Shown: positions 28,621-35,501 of the stretch, one piece after another
Layout of the letters: the number at the start of each line of letters is the position of its first letter
Position numbering within the stretch: the first letter of the stretch is position 1
DNA from: an uncultured Desulfurococcales archaeon
GTDB taxonomy: Archaea > Thermoproteota > Thermoprotei_A > EX4484-217-1
Assembly: GCA_964496035.1 (NCBI GenBank)
Contig: CAZBXI010000002.1
Coordinates: forward strand, 26,054-81,857
Reading direction: 5' to 3'
Length of the DNA: 55,804 bases
Position numbers and translations under genes: made by a program
Notes under the pieces: model-generated
What the model saw: only the letters and a program-made list of their open reading frames with translations
Databases searched by the model: none
Told to the model about the DNA's origin: nothing

Positions 28621-29274
28621 ATGTCTAATGAATCAATTATAGGTTTACTTATAACGGTACAGCTCCTCTCTGCAACAGGAGCACTTGCACCAGGCCCTCT
28701 TTTTGTAACAAATCTCATCTATGGTATTCGTGGAGGTTGGAGATCTGGTTTCAAGGTAGCTCTAGGGCATATGATTGTCGAGTTTCCCCTATATATGACT
28801 ATAGGTTTAGGGCTAATTTCCATAATGTATATGGCTAATTTCAAAGTATTTCTGGGAGTTTTAGGAGGTACGGTTATGTTAATTTTCGGAACATTACAAA
28901 TAGCTAATGTTTTAAAGGGAAAAAGTGAGTTAGCTAGTATGAAACTTGAAAAACATGGACCATTAATTATGGGAATTTTATTATCAGCTTTTAATCCATT
29001 CTTTATTCTTTGGTGGTTGTTTATAGGTTCTACATTTATTTACGCTACAATAAACATTCTATCATACTACGGATTACCCTTAATATACGTCTCTCATGTA
29101 TGGATGGACTTTGTTTGGCTTTCTTTTACAGCTCACATGGCTTTCATTGGAAAAAATATTTTGAGGGAAAAATATTATAGGTTCTTCGTTGGAATTCTAG
29201 GGTTAATACTTATAGTTTTTGGTGTTCACTTTATTTCTAAGAGCGTATGGAACATTAGCGTATTGCCTTTCTAA
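28621..29274 (+). CDS. LysE/RhtB-type amino-acid exporter
   Basis: 217 aa with 6 TM helices, an N-terminal APGPLF motif and NPFFILWW. Confidence 0.65.
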   Translation: MSNESIIGLLITVQLLSATGALAPGPLFVTNLIYGIRGGWRSGFKVALGHMIVEFPLYMTIGLGLISIMYMANFKVFLGVLGGTVMLIFGTLQIANVLKGKSELASMKLEKHGPLIMGILLSAFNPFFILWWLFIGSTFIYATINILSYYGLPLIYVSHVWMDFVWLSFTAHMAFIGKNILREKYYRFFVGILGLILIVFGVHFISKSVWNISVLPF

Positions 29275-29295
29275 TGCTTTTGCTTTTAGCAGAGA

Positions 29296-29754
29296 TTACT
29301 CGCTATAGCTTATTCTCTTTACGAACTTCATTTTAGATAGTGCCTTAAGCTTGACTATATTTTTCGGTATTATAACTTCATCTACGAAAACTATCGAATG
29401 TACTTTCTTGCTGAACGTTTCAAGGTCAACAGTATTGTCGAATATAAGTTTCTTAATATTCCTAAATCTCACCTTTCCTTCAACATCCTCTAAATCCTTC
29501 TTTGAAACTACTAGTTCATCTAAATCTCCAATAGTAATAGTTTTTAATGTTGTTTCCATACCCTCTCTTACCCTTTGAACTAATTCATAAGATCCTTCAG
29601 CTAATGATAGGAATACTCTAAGTGCTTCGTTAACTACTTCACCAACTGTTTCACCAATAGACTTAGCTAATGCCGAAGCCTTAGCATATAGTTCTTCATC
29701 AATATTTCTTATCGTAACAGTTTTCTTCTTAGGTTTCTCGGACATCCTTGTCAC
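29296..29754 (-). CDS. hypothetical protein with N-terminal ribbon-helix-helix-like segment
   Basis: 152 aa. KKTVTIRNIDEELYAKASALAKSIGETVGEVVNEALRVFL looks like a CopG/Arc-type RHH. The C-terminal domain is unassigned. Confidence 0.4.
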   Translation of the reverse strand: MTRMSEKPKKKTVTIRNIDEELYAKASALAKSIGETVGEVVNEALRVFLSLAEGSYELVQRVREGMETTLKTITIGDLDELVVSKKDLEDVEGKVRFRNIKKLIFDNTVDLETFSKKVHSIVFVDEVIIPKNIVKLKALSKMKFVKRISYSE

Positions 29755-29809
29755 CTATGTAATACTTGCAATACTAGAAATATAAGCTTTACTCCTATTA
29801 TTGAGAAAG

Positions 29810-29817
29810 TTTAAAAA
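29810..29817 (+). promoter_or_regulatory. candidate TATA box for the tRNA 5' part
   Basis: TTTAAAAA preceded by purine-rich AAAG. Its 3' end lies 30 nt upstream of tRNA position 1 (29848), which would give a short leader. Confidence 0.35.
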
Positions 29818-29871
29818 ATGAATAGTAAATAGTGTTTAAAATAGAGAAGCCGGGTCGTCTAGCGGTCAAGG

Positions 29872-30873
29872 ATGCGGGGCTTTGCGGACCGTCGGCTATC
29901 CTCTTCCTATCCCCCTTCTTTACATGAACATAGATTAGCAAGCAGAGAAACTATTCTTAAGAAAGTCAAGAGTATCTTGAAGGAATCCCTAAGAAATTAT
30001 AGGAATGACCTAAAAAATAGAACTTTTCTGCATAGTAAGAATTTTAAGACAGAATACGTGATAAATTCCTATAGTGGTTTAGCAAACATTATACATAATA
30101 TGATCAATGAAAGCATAAGATACACAGTAAATTCCATTATTCCCCATATACTCAATTTGTTGAGGCAGGGAAATTACAACCTATATGTGAAAACATGTAT
30201 GAAAACCATTAACTTTAAAATTAACGCAGACCGTTGCATATTGAGAATAGGATACTTTGACGGAAATATTATAATGGACATTCACTTTAAAAATTTAAAA
30301 ACGATCAAAATTAAGTCTGAAATTTCTGCAAAACCATGTAATTATGAGGCTTTCATAGGTTTCTTGCTTAGCGATGGAGCTATTAAGGGAAAGAACATAA
30401 GAATGCGTACAACAAAACATTGGCAAGCAGTATTGTGGATTTTAATAAATTCGCCAAACGTATTTAGCTTAAGGGTAGACTCAGTAACTGTTTCCACTAA
30501 AGGAGAGCTGAGACCAGCTTTGAATATTTCTAGTCCCAGGATCTTTGAAGTTACAACTAAAAGTTTGTTATTATTAAACAATCCTATCTCATGGTTTTTC
30601 TACATTCTAGGTGACGGATCTGTTGGTTATAGGAAAATAGAAATTTCATGTAGCCTAAACTACTTCGAAAAATTAGCTAATAAGCTTAAAGCGTTAGGCT
30701 ATAAACCTAAGCTAAGACCCGAGAAGAGATTAATTGTTCTGACTGGGAATTCTATGAGAAAATTCTCTGAATGGATAGTAGCAAACGTGATTAAATGTGG
30801 CTTAAATGAACCTCTTGAGCACTTAAAAGTAAGTAAATGGTTAGAAATGAAACATTATGCAATGATGAGGTAA
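29872..30873 (+). CDS. double-motif LAGLIDADG homing-endonuclease-like protein (maximal ORF; true start probably internal, e.g. TTG 29977, GTG 30058 or ATG 30100)
   Basis: Motif 1 is FIGFLLSDGAI (aa 161-171, nt 30352-30384). Motif 2 is FYILGDGSVGY (aa 243-253, nt 30598-30630). They are ~80 aa apart and both keep the D-G acidic position. The first 13-14 nt of the ORF lie in the tRNA 5' exon. Confidence 0.75.
   Translation: MRGFADRRLSSSYPPSLHEHRLASRETILKKVKSILKESLRNYRNDLKNRTFLHSKNFKTEYVINSYSGLANIIHNMINESIRYTVNSIIPHILNLLRQGNYNLYVKTCMKTINFKINADRCILRIGYFDGNIIMDIHFKNLKTIKIKSEISAKPCNYEAFIGFLLSDGAIKGKNIRMRTTKHWQAVLWILINSPNVFSLRVDSVTVSTKGELRPALNISSPRIFEVTTKSLLLLNNPISWFFYILGDGSVGYRKIEISCSLNYFEKLANKLKALGYKPKLRPEKRLIVLTGNSMRKFSEWIVANVIKCGLNEPLEHLKVSKWLEMKHYAMMR
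29882..29900 (+). repeat. left arm of the 19-bp inverted repeat closing the intervening sequence
   Basis: TTGCGGACCGTCGGCTATC, with 12 of 19 positions G/C. It includes anticodon nucleotides 34-36. Confidence 0.95.
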
Positions 30874-30877
30874 AGTA

Positions 30878-30885
30878 TTTATATA
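30878..30885 (+). promoter_or_regulatory. candidate internal TATA box in front of the tRNA 3' part
   Basis: TTTATATA is an exact TTTAWATA consensus preceded by AAAGTA. Its 3' end is 25 nt upstream of the first base (30910) of the complementary leader. Confidence 0.3.
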
Positions 30886-30909
30886 AGGTCAAAAGTACAA
30901 CTGATACAT

Positions 30910-30928
30910 GGTAGCCGACGGTCCGCAA
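30910..30928 (+). repeat. right arm of the 19-bp inverted repeat
   Basis: GGTAGCCGACGGTCCGCAA pairs with 29882-29900 through 18 Watson-Crick pairs and 1 G-U pair. Confidence 0.95.
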
Positions 30929-31152
30929 CCCGACTCTGGCGGGGGAACCGGAGAACCCCCGTGACCGGGGTTCGAATCCCCGCCCGGCTACCAACAATTA
31001 CCTATAGCACTACAATTACCGCTTAATTGCTGGAAGTTGCAGCGTAATTGAATTATTAATATGAGTTTTCGGTTTAATTATCATATTCTTCAATTTTGAA
31101 AAGCAATATTTAATTATCATGGCTTCTTATACTATGAAGGTAGGGATGAATA

Positions 31153-31659
31153 TTGGGGACTACTGCTGAAAGTATTTCTACAGAAGTTTCTGCTGAGAGT
31201 AGGGTTCTGGTTCATGACAGTTCAAAATGTACGGCATGTACTACATGTATGATTGCTTGTTCTATGAAGCATTTTGGTGTTGCCGATTATGAGAAGTCTT
31301 TCATAAAAATAATATTTAACCCCGTTTTCAAGGCTTTCGAAGCAGCATATTGCCATCATTGCGATGAACCCTATTGCTTAAACATATGTCCTGTAAATGC
31401 TATCTACAAGGATAAGTTACCGGATGGAACGGTAATTGTGCGTATAAGCACTCTTAAATGCATAGGCTGTGGTTCATGTAGACTGGCTTGTCCTATGTCT
31501 ATACCTCATGAAGACCCTGTTATGAGAGTCGCCGTTAAATGCGATTTATGTGACGGCGACCCTGAATGTGTCAAAGTATGTCCTACACATGCATTAAGAT
31601 TTGTTCCTAGAAGTGAAGCACTAAACTTTCTTAAAAAAGTCTATGGGTGGCAGGGTTAA
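31153..31659 (+). CDS. CooF/HycB-like polyferredoxin (four [4Fe-4S] motifs)
   Basis: 168 aa. The four motifs are CTACTTCMIAC, CHHCDEPYCLNICP, CIGCGSCRLACP and CDLCDGDPECVKVCP. Confidence 0.8.
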   Translation: MGTTAESISTEVSAESRVLVHDSSKCTACTTCMIACSMKHFGVADYEKSFIKIIFNPVFKAFEAAYCHHCDEPYCLNICPVNAIYKDKLPDGTVIVRISTLKCIGCGSCRLACPMSIPHEDPVMRVAVKCDLCDGDPECVKVCPTHALRFVPRSEALNFLKKVYGWQG

Positions 31660-32801
31660 TGTTCGTAATTATCGCAACGTTTGGCGTAATAACGTTACTT
31701 ATACCAGCCTTTCTAGCTCTCATAGAGAACGATATGGAAAGGATTATTGCATATTCTGCAGTAAGCCAAATGGGGTACATTATCTTAGCCTTAGGTTTTG
31801 GTTCTGCTTTAGGTTTATCAGCAGCATTATTCCACATGTTTAATCATGCTCTTCTGGAATCAATGCTCTCCTTAGCGGCTGGAGCAGTTATTTACGCTAC
31901 TGGAACACGTGATATAACAAAACTTGGAGGGTTAATAAGTAAGACACCAATTACAGCTTTAGCTGTTCTAGTAGGTGGCTTAGCTGTTGCAGGGTTACCT
32001 CCATTGAACGGTTTTGCAAGTAAGCTTCTAATATATGAAGCAGGTTTAGAAGCATCATTTAGAATAGGAGGTGTTATCGGAAGACTTTACTTATTATATA
32101 CTTTAGTAGCCATATTTGTTAGTGCATTAACACTACTCTACTTCATGAGACTATTTTACTCCGTGTTCCTAGGTCTGCCTTCAAAACTAACGTTAGAAGC
32201 ACGGAAGGTACCATTAATTATGAAAGTGCCCTTAATGATTCTAGCAACGTTCTCTATAATTATTGGTGTTGCTCCCCAGATCATAGTAGGTCCTTTAATA
32301 AACCCTGCGGTAGTAAACATTCTGGGCTTAAGTAAGCCGCCGGTTGAAGTAACTTTTCTCGGATATAGTACTAGTATAGGGTTCTATAGTGCAACCATTT
32401 TAACACTGGTACTATTAGCTTCTGCATCCATAGTACTCCTAATATACTACATTAGCTTAACATTTTATAAAAGAACAACATTACCACCAGTTAAGGTTGT
32501 TGAGGAATTAAAAGACTTTAAGTATGAAGTTTTCACCGGTGGTGAAGCTACACCACCATTGTTACCTCTTGAGGAAACTAAGGTAACACCTGAAGAATTC
32601 GTGTTTGCATTGAAAACAGCGTTCTCTAAACTCTATGCATTCTCTATGAAGGGAGGATATGAACGCTTAATAATACGTGCCGCAGAGAAAATTTTCGGTT
32701 TTAGTAATGAATTCGATATTATAAGGTTTGAAAATGTAAGTAGCTATGTAACCCTATACGTTTTAATAGCATTAATAGTGCTCTTGTACGTGCTAAGGTG
32801 A
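31647..32801 (+). CDS. antiporter-like (NuoL/M/N, MbhH/EchA family) membrane subunit, C-terminal half only
   Basis: 384 aa. Residues 27-60 (ENDMERIIAYSAVSQMGYIILALG...FHMFNHAL) correspond to the D-I-K-R-x-x-AYS-x-x-SQ-x-GY block, which normally lies more than 200 aa into these proteins. A TAA at 31632-31634 blocks upstream extension of the frame. Confidence 0.7.
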   Translation: MAGLMFVIIATFGVITLLIPAFLALIENDMERIIAYSAVSQMGYIILALGFGSALGLSAALFHMFNHALLESMLSLAAGAVIYATGTRDITKLGGLISKTPITALAVLVGGLAVAGLPPLNGFASKLLIYEAGLEASFRIGGVIGRLYLLYTLVAIFVSALTLLYFMRLFYSVFLGLPSKLTLEARKVPLIMKVPLMILATFSIIIGVAPQIIVGPLINPAVVNILGLSKPPVEVTFLGYSTSIGFYSATILTLVLLASASIVLLIYYISLTFYKRTTLPPVKVVEELKDFKYEVFTGGEATPPLLPLEETKVTPEEFVFALKTAFSKLYAFSMKGGYERLIIRAAEKIFGFSNEFDIIRFENVSSYVTLYVLIALIVLLYVLR

Positions 32802-33442
32802 AACTTATGGAGGAATTTCTAAGCAAAATTCTTGAAAAACATAAGGATAAAATCGTTAGGGTTAAAGAAATTGTACCATGGAGGGTAATATTCGAAGTAC
32901 CTAGTGGAAAGTTAAAGGAATTGGCAAAAGATGTCTTTGAAACCTATGGGTTCAGATTATCAACAATATCTACTTTAGACCAAGGATTCTACTTTGAATT
33001 ACTTTACCACTTCGTGAAGGATAAGTACATATTAACATTAAAAACTATTATATCTAAAGAAAATCCGAGAATACCTTCACTAACGGACACTATTCCCGGA
33101 GCAAATTGGCTTGAAAGAGAAGTCAGAGACTTGTTTGGAATAGAATTTGAGGGTCATGTAGAACCCGAGAGAGTTGTTTTACCACCGGATTGGACTCTTG
33201 AACCGCCACTTAGAAAACCTATTGCGCCTAAACTTCCGCCAACATATGCTGAGTACTTAGTAAACCTCACAAGCAAGGCAGCTTTAGCTTCCGTAACAGG
33301 TATTGTTAAGAGAAGAAGAACTAAAATGGGTTTACCCGAGGTAGTGGCACCTGTTCTAGAGTCTAAGAAGGTCATTGAGGAGATAAAGAAGATTTCCAAA
33401 GAACTCGAAGTAAATAGGAAAGTACCTGTTAGGAAGTGTTAG
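32798..33442 (+). CDS. NuoC/MbhK/EchD-like hydrogenase subunit
   Basis: 214 aa. PGANWLEREVRDLFGIEFEGH is the NuoC-family signature. Confidence 0.8.
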   Translation: MKLMEEFLSKILEKHKDKIVRVKEIVPWRVIFEVPSGKLKELAKDVFETYGFRLSTISTLDQGFYFELLYHFVKDKYILTLKTIISKENPRIPSLTDTIPGANWLEREVRDLFGIEFEGHVEPERVVLPPDWTLEPPLRKPIAPKLPPTYAEYLVNLTSKAALASVTGIVKRRRTKMGLPEVVAPVLESKKVIEEIKKISKELEVNRKVPVRKC

Positions 33443-33445
33443 ATT

Positions 33446-34321
33446 ATGCCTAAATACATATTTTACCCTGGCTGCTACATTTCAACAATGCTTCCACATG
33501 TTGAAGTAGCTATTAGGTTTATTCTTAAAAAATTCAACATCGAGACCGTGGAGCTTGAAGATCTATCATGTTGTCCGCCTAGAATCAGTAGCATAGCAGA
33601 TGAGCTTTTCTGGCTAACCTTAGCTGTTAGAAACCTTGCAATAGCTGAGAACAAGGGATTAGACATTTTAACTCCATGTAATGGATGTTTCGAATCATTT
33701 TTCGAAGCTAGAATAATGTTTATGGAAAGAAAAGATCTTAGAGAAAAAGTTTCCAACATACTTTCAAAACTAGGATATAGGTTTGAAGGCAAAATTAAGC
33801 CTAAACACTTAGTTGAAGTCTTATATGAAGATGTAGGTTTAGAGAAGATAAAGGAAAATATAGTTAAACCCCTTAATGGGCTAAGAGTTGCTGTTCATTA
33901 CGGATGTCACTTGTTCGTCGTAGAGCTTGGTGAAGATGTTTGGAAGAAACCTAAAATGACTGATGAGTTAATAAAGATCACTGGAGCTGAACTTGTTAAG
34001 GATGGACTGGAAAGGCTATGTTGCGGTTTTGTACCTTCAACCGTAGATGATGCTTTCAGCTTAACCTACAGAACAGAAGTTAGGTTGAAAAGCGTTAAGG
34101 AACTAGGTGTTGATGCTCTTGTAACACCATGCCCACAATGCTTAATGAGACTTGAATTTGGTCAAGTAAGGCTTAAGGCAAAAGCAAGATATGATGTACC
34201 TATAATTCATTTGGCAGAGCTTCTAGCATTAGCTCTAGGTTTAGACCCTAAGAAATTCGGTTTTATAGTATATCATAAATCTCCTACAAAACTTATTCTT
34301 CAGAAAATTGGTTTAGGGTGA
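33446..34321 (+). CDS. HdrB-like protein with two CCG (Cys-rich) domains
   Basis: 291 aa. There are two complete C-x31-37-CC-x35-C-x2-C patterns: PGC...SCCPP...TPCNGC and YGC...LCCGF...TPCPQC. Confidence 0.8.
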   Translation: MPKYIFYPGCYISTMLPHVEVAIRFILKKFNIETVELEDLSCCPPRISSIADELFWLTLAVRNLAIAENKGLDILTPCNGCFESFFEARIMFMERKDLREKVSNILSKLGYRFEGKIKPKHLVEVLYEDVGLEKIKENIVKPLNGLRVAVHYGCHLFVVELGEDVWKKPKMTDELIKITGAELVKDGLERLCCGFVPSTVDDAFSLTYRTEVRLKSVKELGVDALVTPCPQCLMRLEFGQVRLKAKARYDVPIIHLAELLALALGLDPKKFGFIVYHKSPTKLILQKIGLG

Positions 34322-34325
34322 AAAC

Positions 34326-35501
34326 ATGGGTATGTGTAGTCGTAAAGTTTACTCTGTACCTGTAGGTCCATATCACCCGGCACTTGAGGAAATGGCTTTC
34401 TATAAGGTTTATGTTGAAGGAGAGAGAATAGTTAATGCTTTAATTAAACCTGGTTTTAACCATAGAGGTATTGAAAAGCTTGCTATGAGAAGAAGTTACC
34501 GTAGAAATGTTCAGCTTTTCGAGAGGGTTTGTGGAATATGCTCTGCCGCCCATACTACAGCTTATTGTGTTGCTGTTGAGAGATGCTTAAAGATCGATGT
34601 TCCTAAAAGAGCACAATACATTAGAGTTGTTCAGGCTGAAGCAAATAGAGTTCATAGCCATCTATTATGGTTTGGAATTGCAATGCACGTAATAGGTTTC
34701 GACACATTATTCATGCACTCATGGGCTATTAGGGAAGACATTTTAGACATCGTAGAAACATTAACGGGAAATAGGGTAAACTACTCCGTAAACACTATTG
34801 GCGGTGTTCGTAGAGACATAGCACCGGAAATGGGTAAGTACATTCTTGAAAAACTAGATAAAGTTGAGAAGGGAACAAAATACCTTATTAGAGCGGTTAA
34901 GGAAGACCCGACAATAAAGGCTAGAACGAAGGAGGTAGGTGTTTTAACTAAGGAAGAAGCTAAGAAATACTGTGTTGTTGGACCTACAGCTAGAGCTTCA
35001 GGAATAGAGGAGGACATTAGGAGAGCTGATCCGCACATAAACTACGAAGATTTCGACTTCGAAGTATGCGTCGAAGATACATGTGATGTTTATGCTAGGA
35101 TTATGGTAAGGCTTAGAGAGACCTTAGAATCCATAAAGATAGTGAGGCAGGCTATCAAAAACTTACCTGAAGGACCTTTAATGGCTGAGTTAACTGTTCC
35201 TAGACCAAATGAGGATATTGGTAGAACGGAAGCACCAAGAGGAGAACTAATATACTATATTAGGTCAAATTACACCAATGTTCCAGAAAGGGTAAAATTG
35301 AGAACACCAACATTCGTAAATCTACCCTCAACTAAGCCCATGCTCATAGGTGATAAATTAGCTGATGCACCTCAAATAATTGTAAGCATAGATCCATGCT
35401 TAACATGTAACGATAGGCTTGCCATAATAGATGTGAGAACAGGAAAGAAAAAGACAATACTTCTTGATGAAATCATAAGGAGGAGAGGTAAAATATGGTA
35501 G
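34326..35501 (+). CDS. group 4 [NiFe]-hydrogenase large subunit (MbhL/EchE/CooH-like)
   Basis: 391 aa. Motifs are VGPYHP, N-terminal RVCGICSAAH and C-terminal DPCLTCNDR. All four Ni-Fe cysteines are present. A 27-aa tail follows the C-terminal motif. Confidence 0.9.
   Translation: MGMCSRKVYSVPVGPYHPALEEMAFYKVYVEGERIVNALIKPGFNHRGIEKLAMRRSYRRNVQLFERVCGICSAAHTTAYCVAVERCLKIDVPKRAQYIRVVQAEANRVHSHLLWFGIAMHVIGFDTLFMHSWAIREDILDIVETLTGNRVNYSVNTIGGVRRDIAPEMGKYILEKLDKVEKGTKYLIRAVKEDPTIKARTKEVGVLTKEEAKKYCVVGPTARASGIEEDIRRADPHINYEDFDFEVCVEDTCDVYARIMVRLRETLESIKIVRQAIKNLPEGPLMAELTVPRPNEDIGRTEAPRGELIYYIRSNYTNVPERVKLRTPTFVNLPSTKPMLIGDKLADAPQIIVSIDPCLTCNDRLAIIDVRTGKKKTILLDEIIRRRGKIW

Larger units (their letters stand above)
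29885..30955 (+). mobile_element. putative mobile intron / intervening element carrying a LAGLIDADG ORF
   Basis: This is the sequence between the two tRNA parts. It has complementary GC-rich ends and a homing-endonuclease-type ORF in the tRNA orientation. Confidence 0.5.
29848..30993 (+). tRNA. tRNA-Gln(UUG) with a 1070-nt intervening sequence in the anticodon loop (exons about 29848-29885 and 30956-30993; junction uncertain by 1 nt)
   Basis: Manual fold. The 5' part is AGCCGGG/UC/GUCU-AGCGGUCAA-GGAU/G/CGGGG/CUUUG. The 3' part is CCCCG/UGAC/CGGGG-UUCGAAU-CCCCG/CCCGGCU/A/CCA. Acceptor, anticodon and T stems are fully Watson-Crick. The D stem has 2 G-U pairs. The joined exons total 76 nt including the encoded CCA. 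A1-U72 is typical of archaeal tRNA-Gln. Confidence 0.8.

Noticed and set aside
30862-30904. A box C/D-like pair lies at the 3' end of the intervening sequence: AUGAUGA (30862-30868) and CUGA (30901-30904). It has partly complementary flanks (AUGCA / UACAU). It also contains GGUCAAA, which is complementary to UUUGACC of the predicted spliced anticodon loop. This recalls the box C/D guide in the Haloferax tRNA-Trp intron.
   Set aside because: The spacer is only 32 nt and I see no D' or C' boxes. The 7-nt complementarity is not positioned 5 nt upstream of the D box and could easily arise by chance. The C-box string is simply the last codons (MMR-stop) of the ORF. It is worth a glance in RNA-seq data but is not supportable as a feature.
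29875-30932. An alternative fold pairs CGGG (27-30) with CCCG (30929-30932). This leaves G31-C32-U33 as a 3-nt bulge next to the long helix.
   Set aside because: The bulge lies 5' of the adjacent helix strand, which is the wrong polarity for a bulge-helix-bulge cleavage site. Cutting there would destroy the anticodon stem and loop. No matching second bulge exists.
30791-30997. Minus-strand 68-aa ORF overlapping the tRNA 3' part.
   Set aside because: It is antisense to the GC-rich tRNA arms and has an Arg/Gly-rich composition typical of translated tRNA complement. It is spurious.
29755-31152. Possibility that the tRNA is the attachment site of an integrated element or carries an IS/MITE with terminal inverted repeats.
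   Set aside because: I saw no integrase or transposase and no direct repeat of the tRNA 3' end in the window. The inverted arms include anticodon nucleotides. The ORF is of LAGLIDADG type, not transposase type.
31631-31843. Short ORFs at 31643..31843 (+) and 31631..31837 (-) at the cooF-like/antiporter junction.
   Set aside because: They are alternative-frame shadows of the clearly homologous antiporter-like frame. Their composition is not protein-like.
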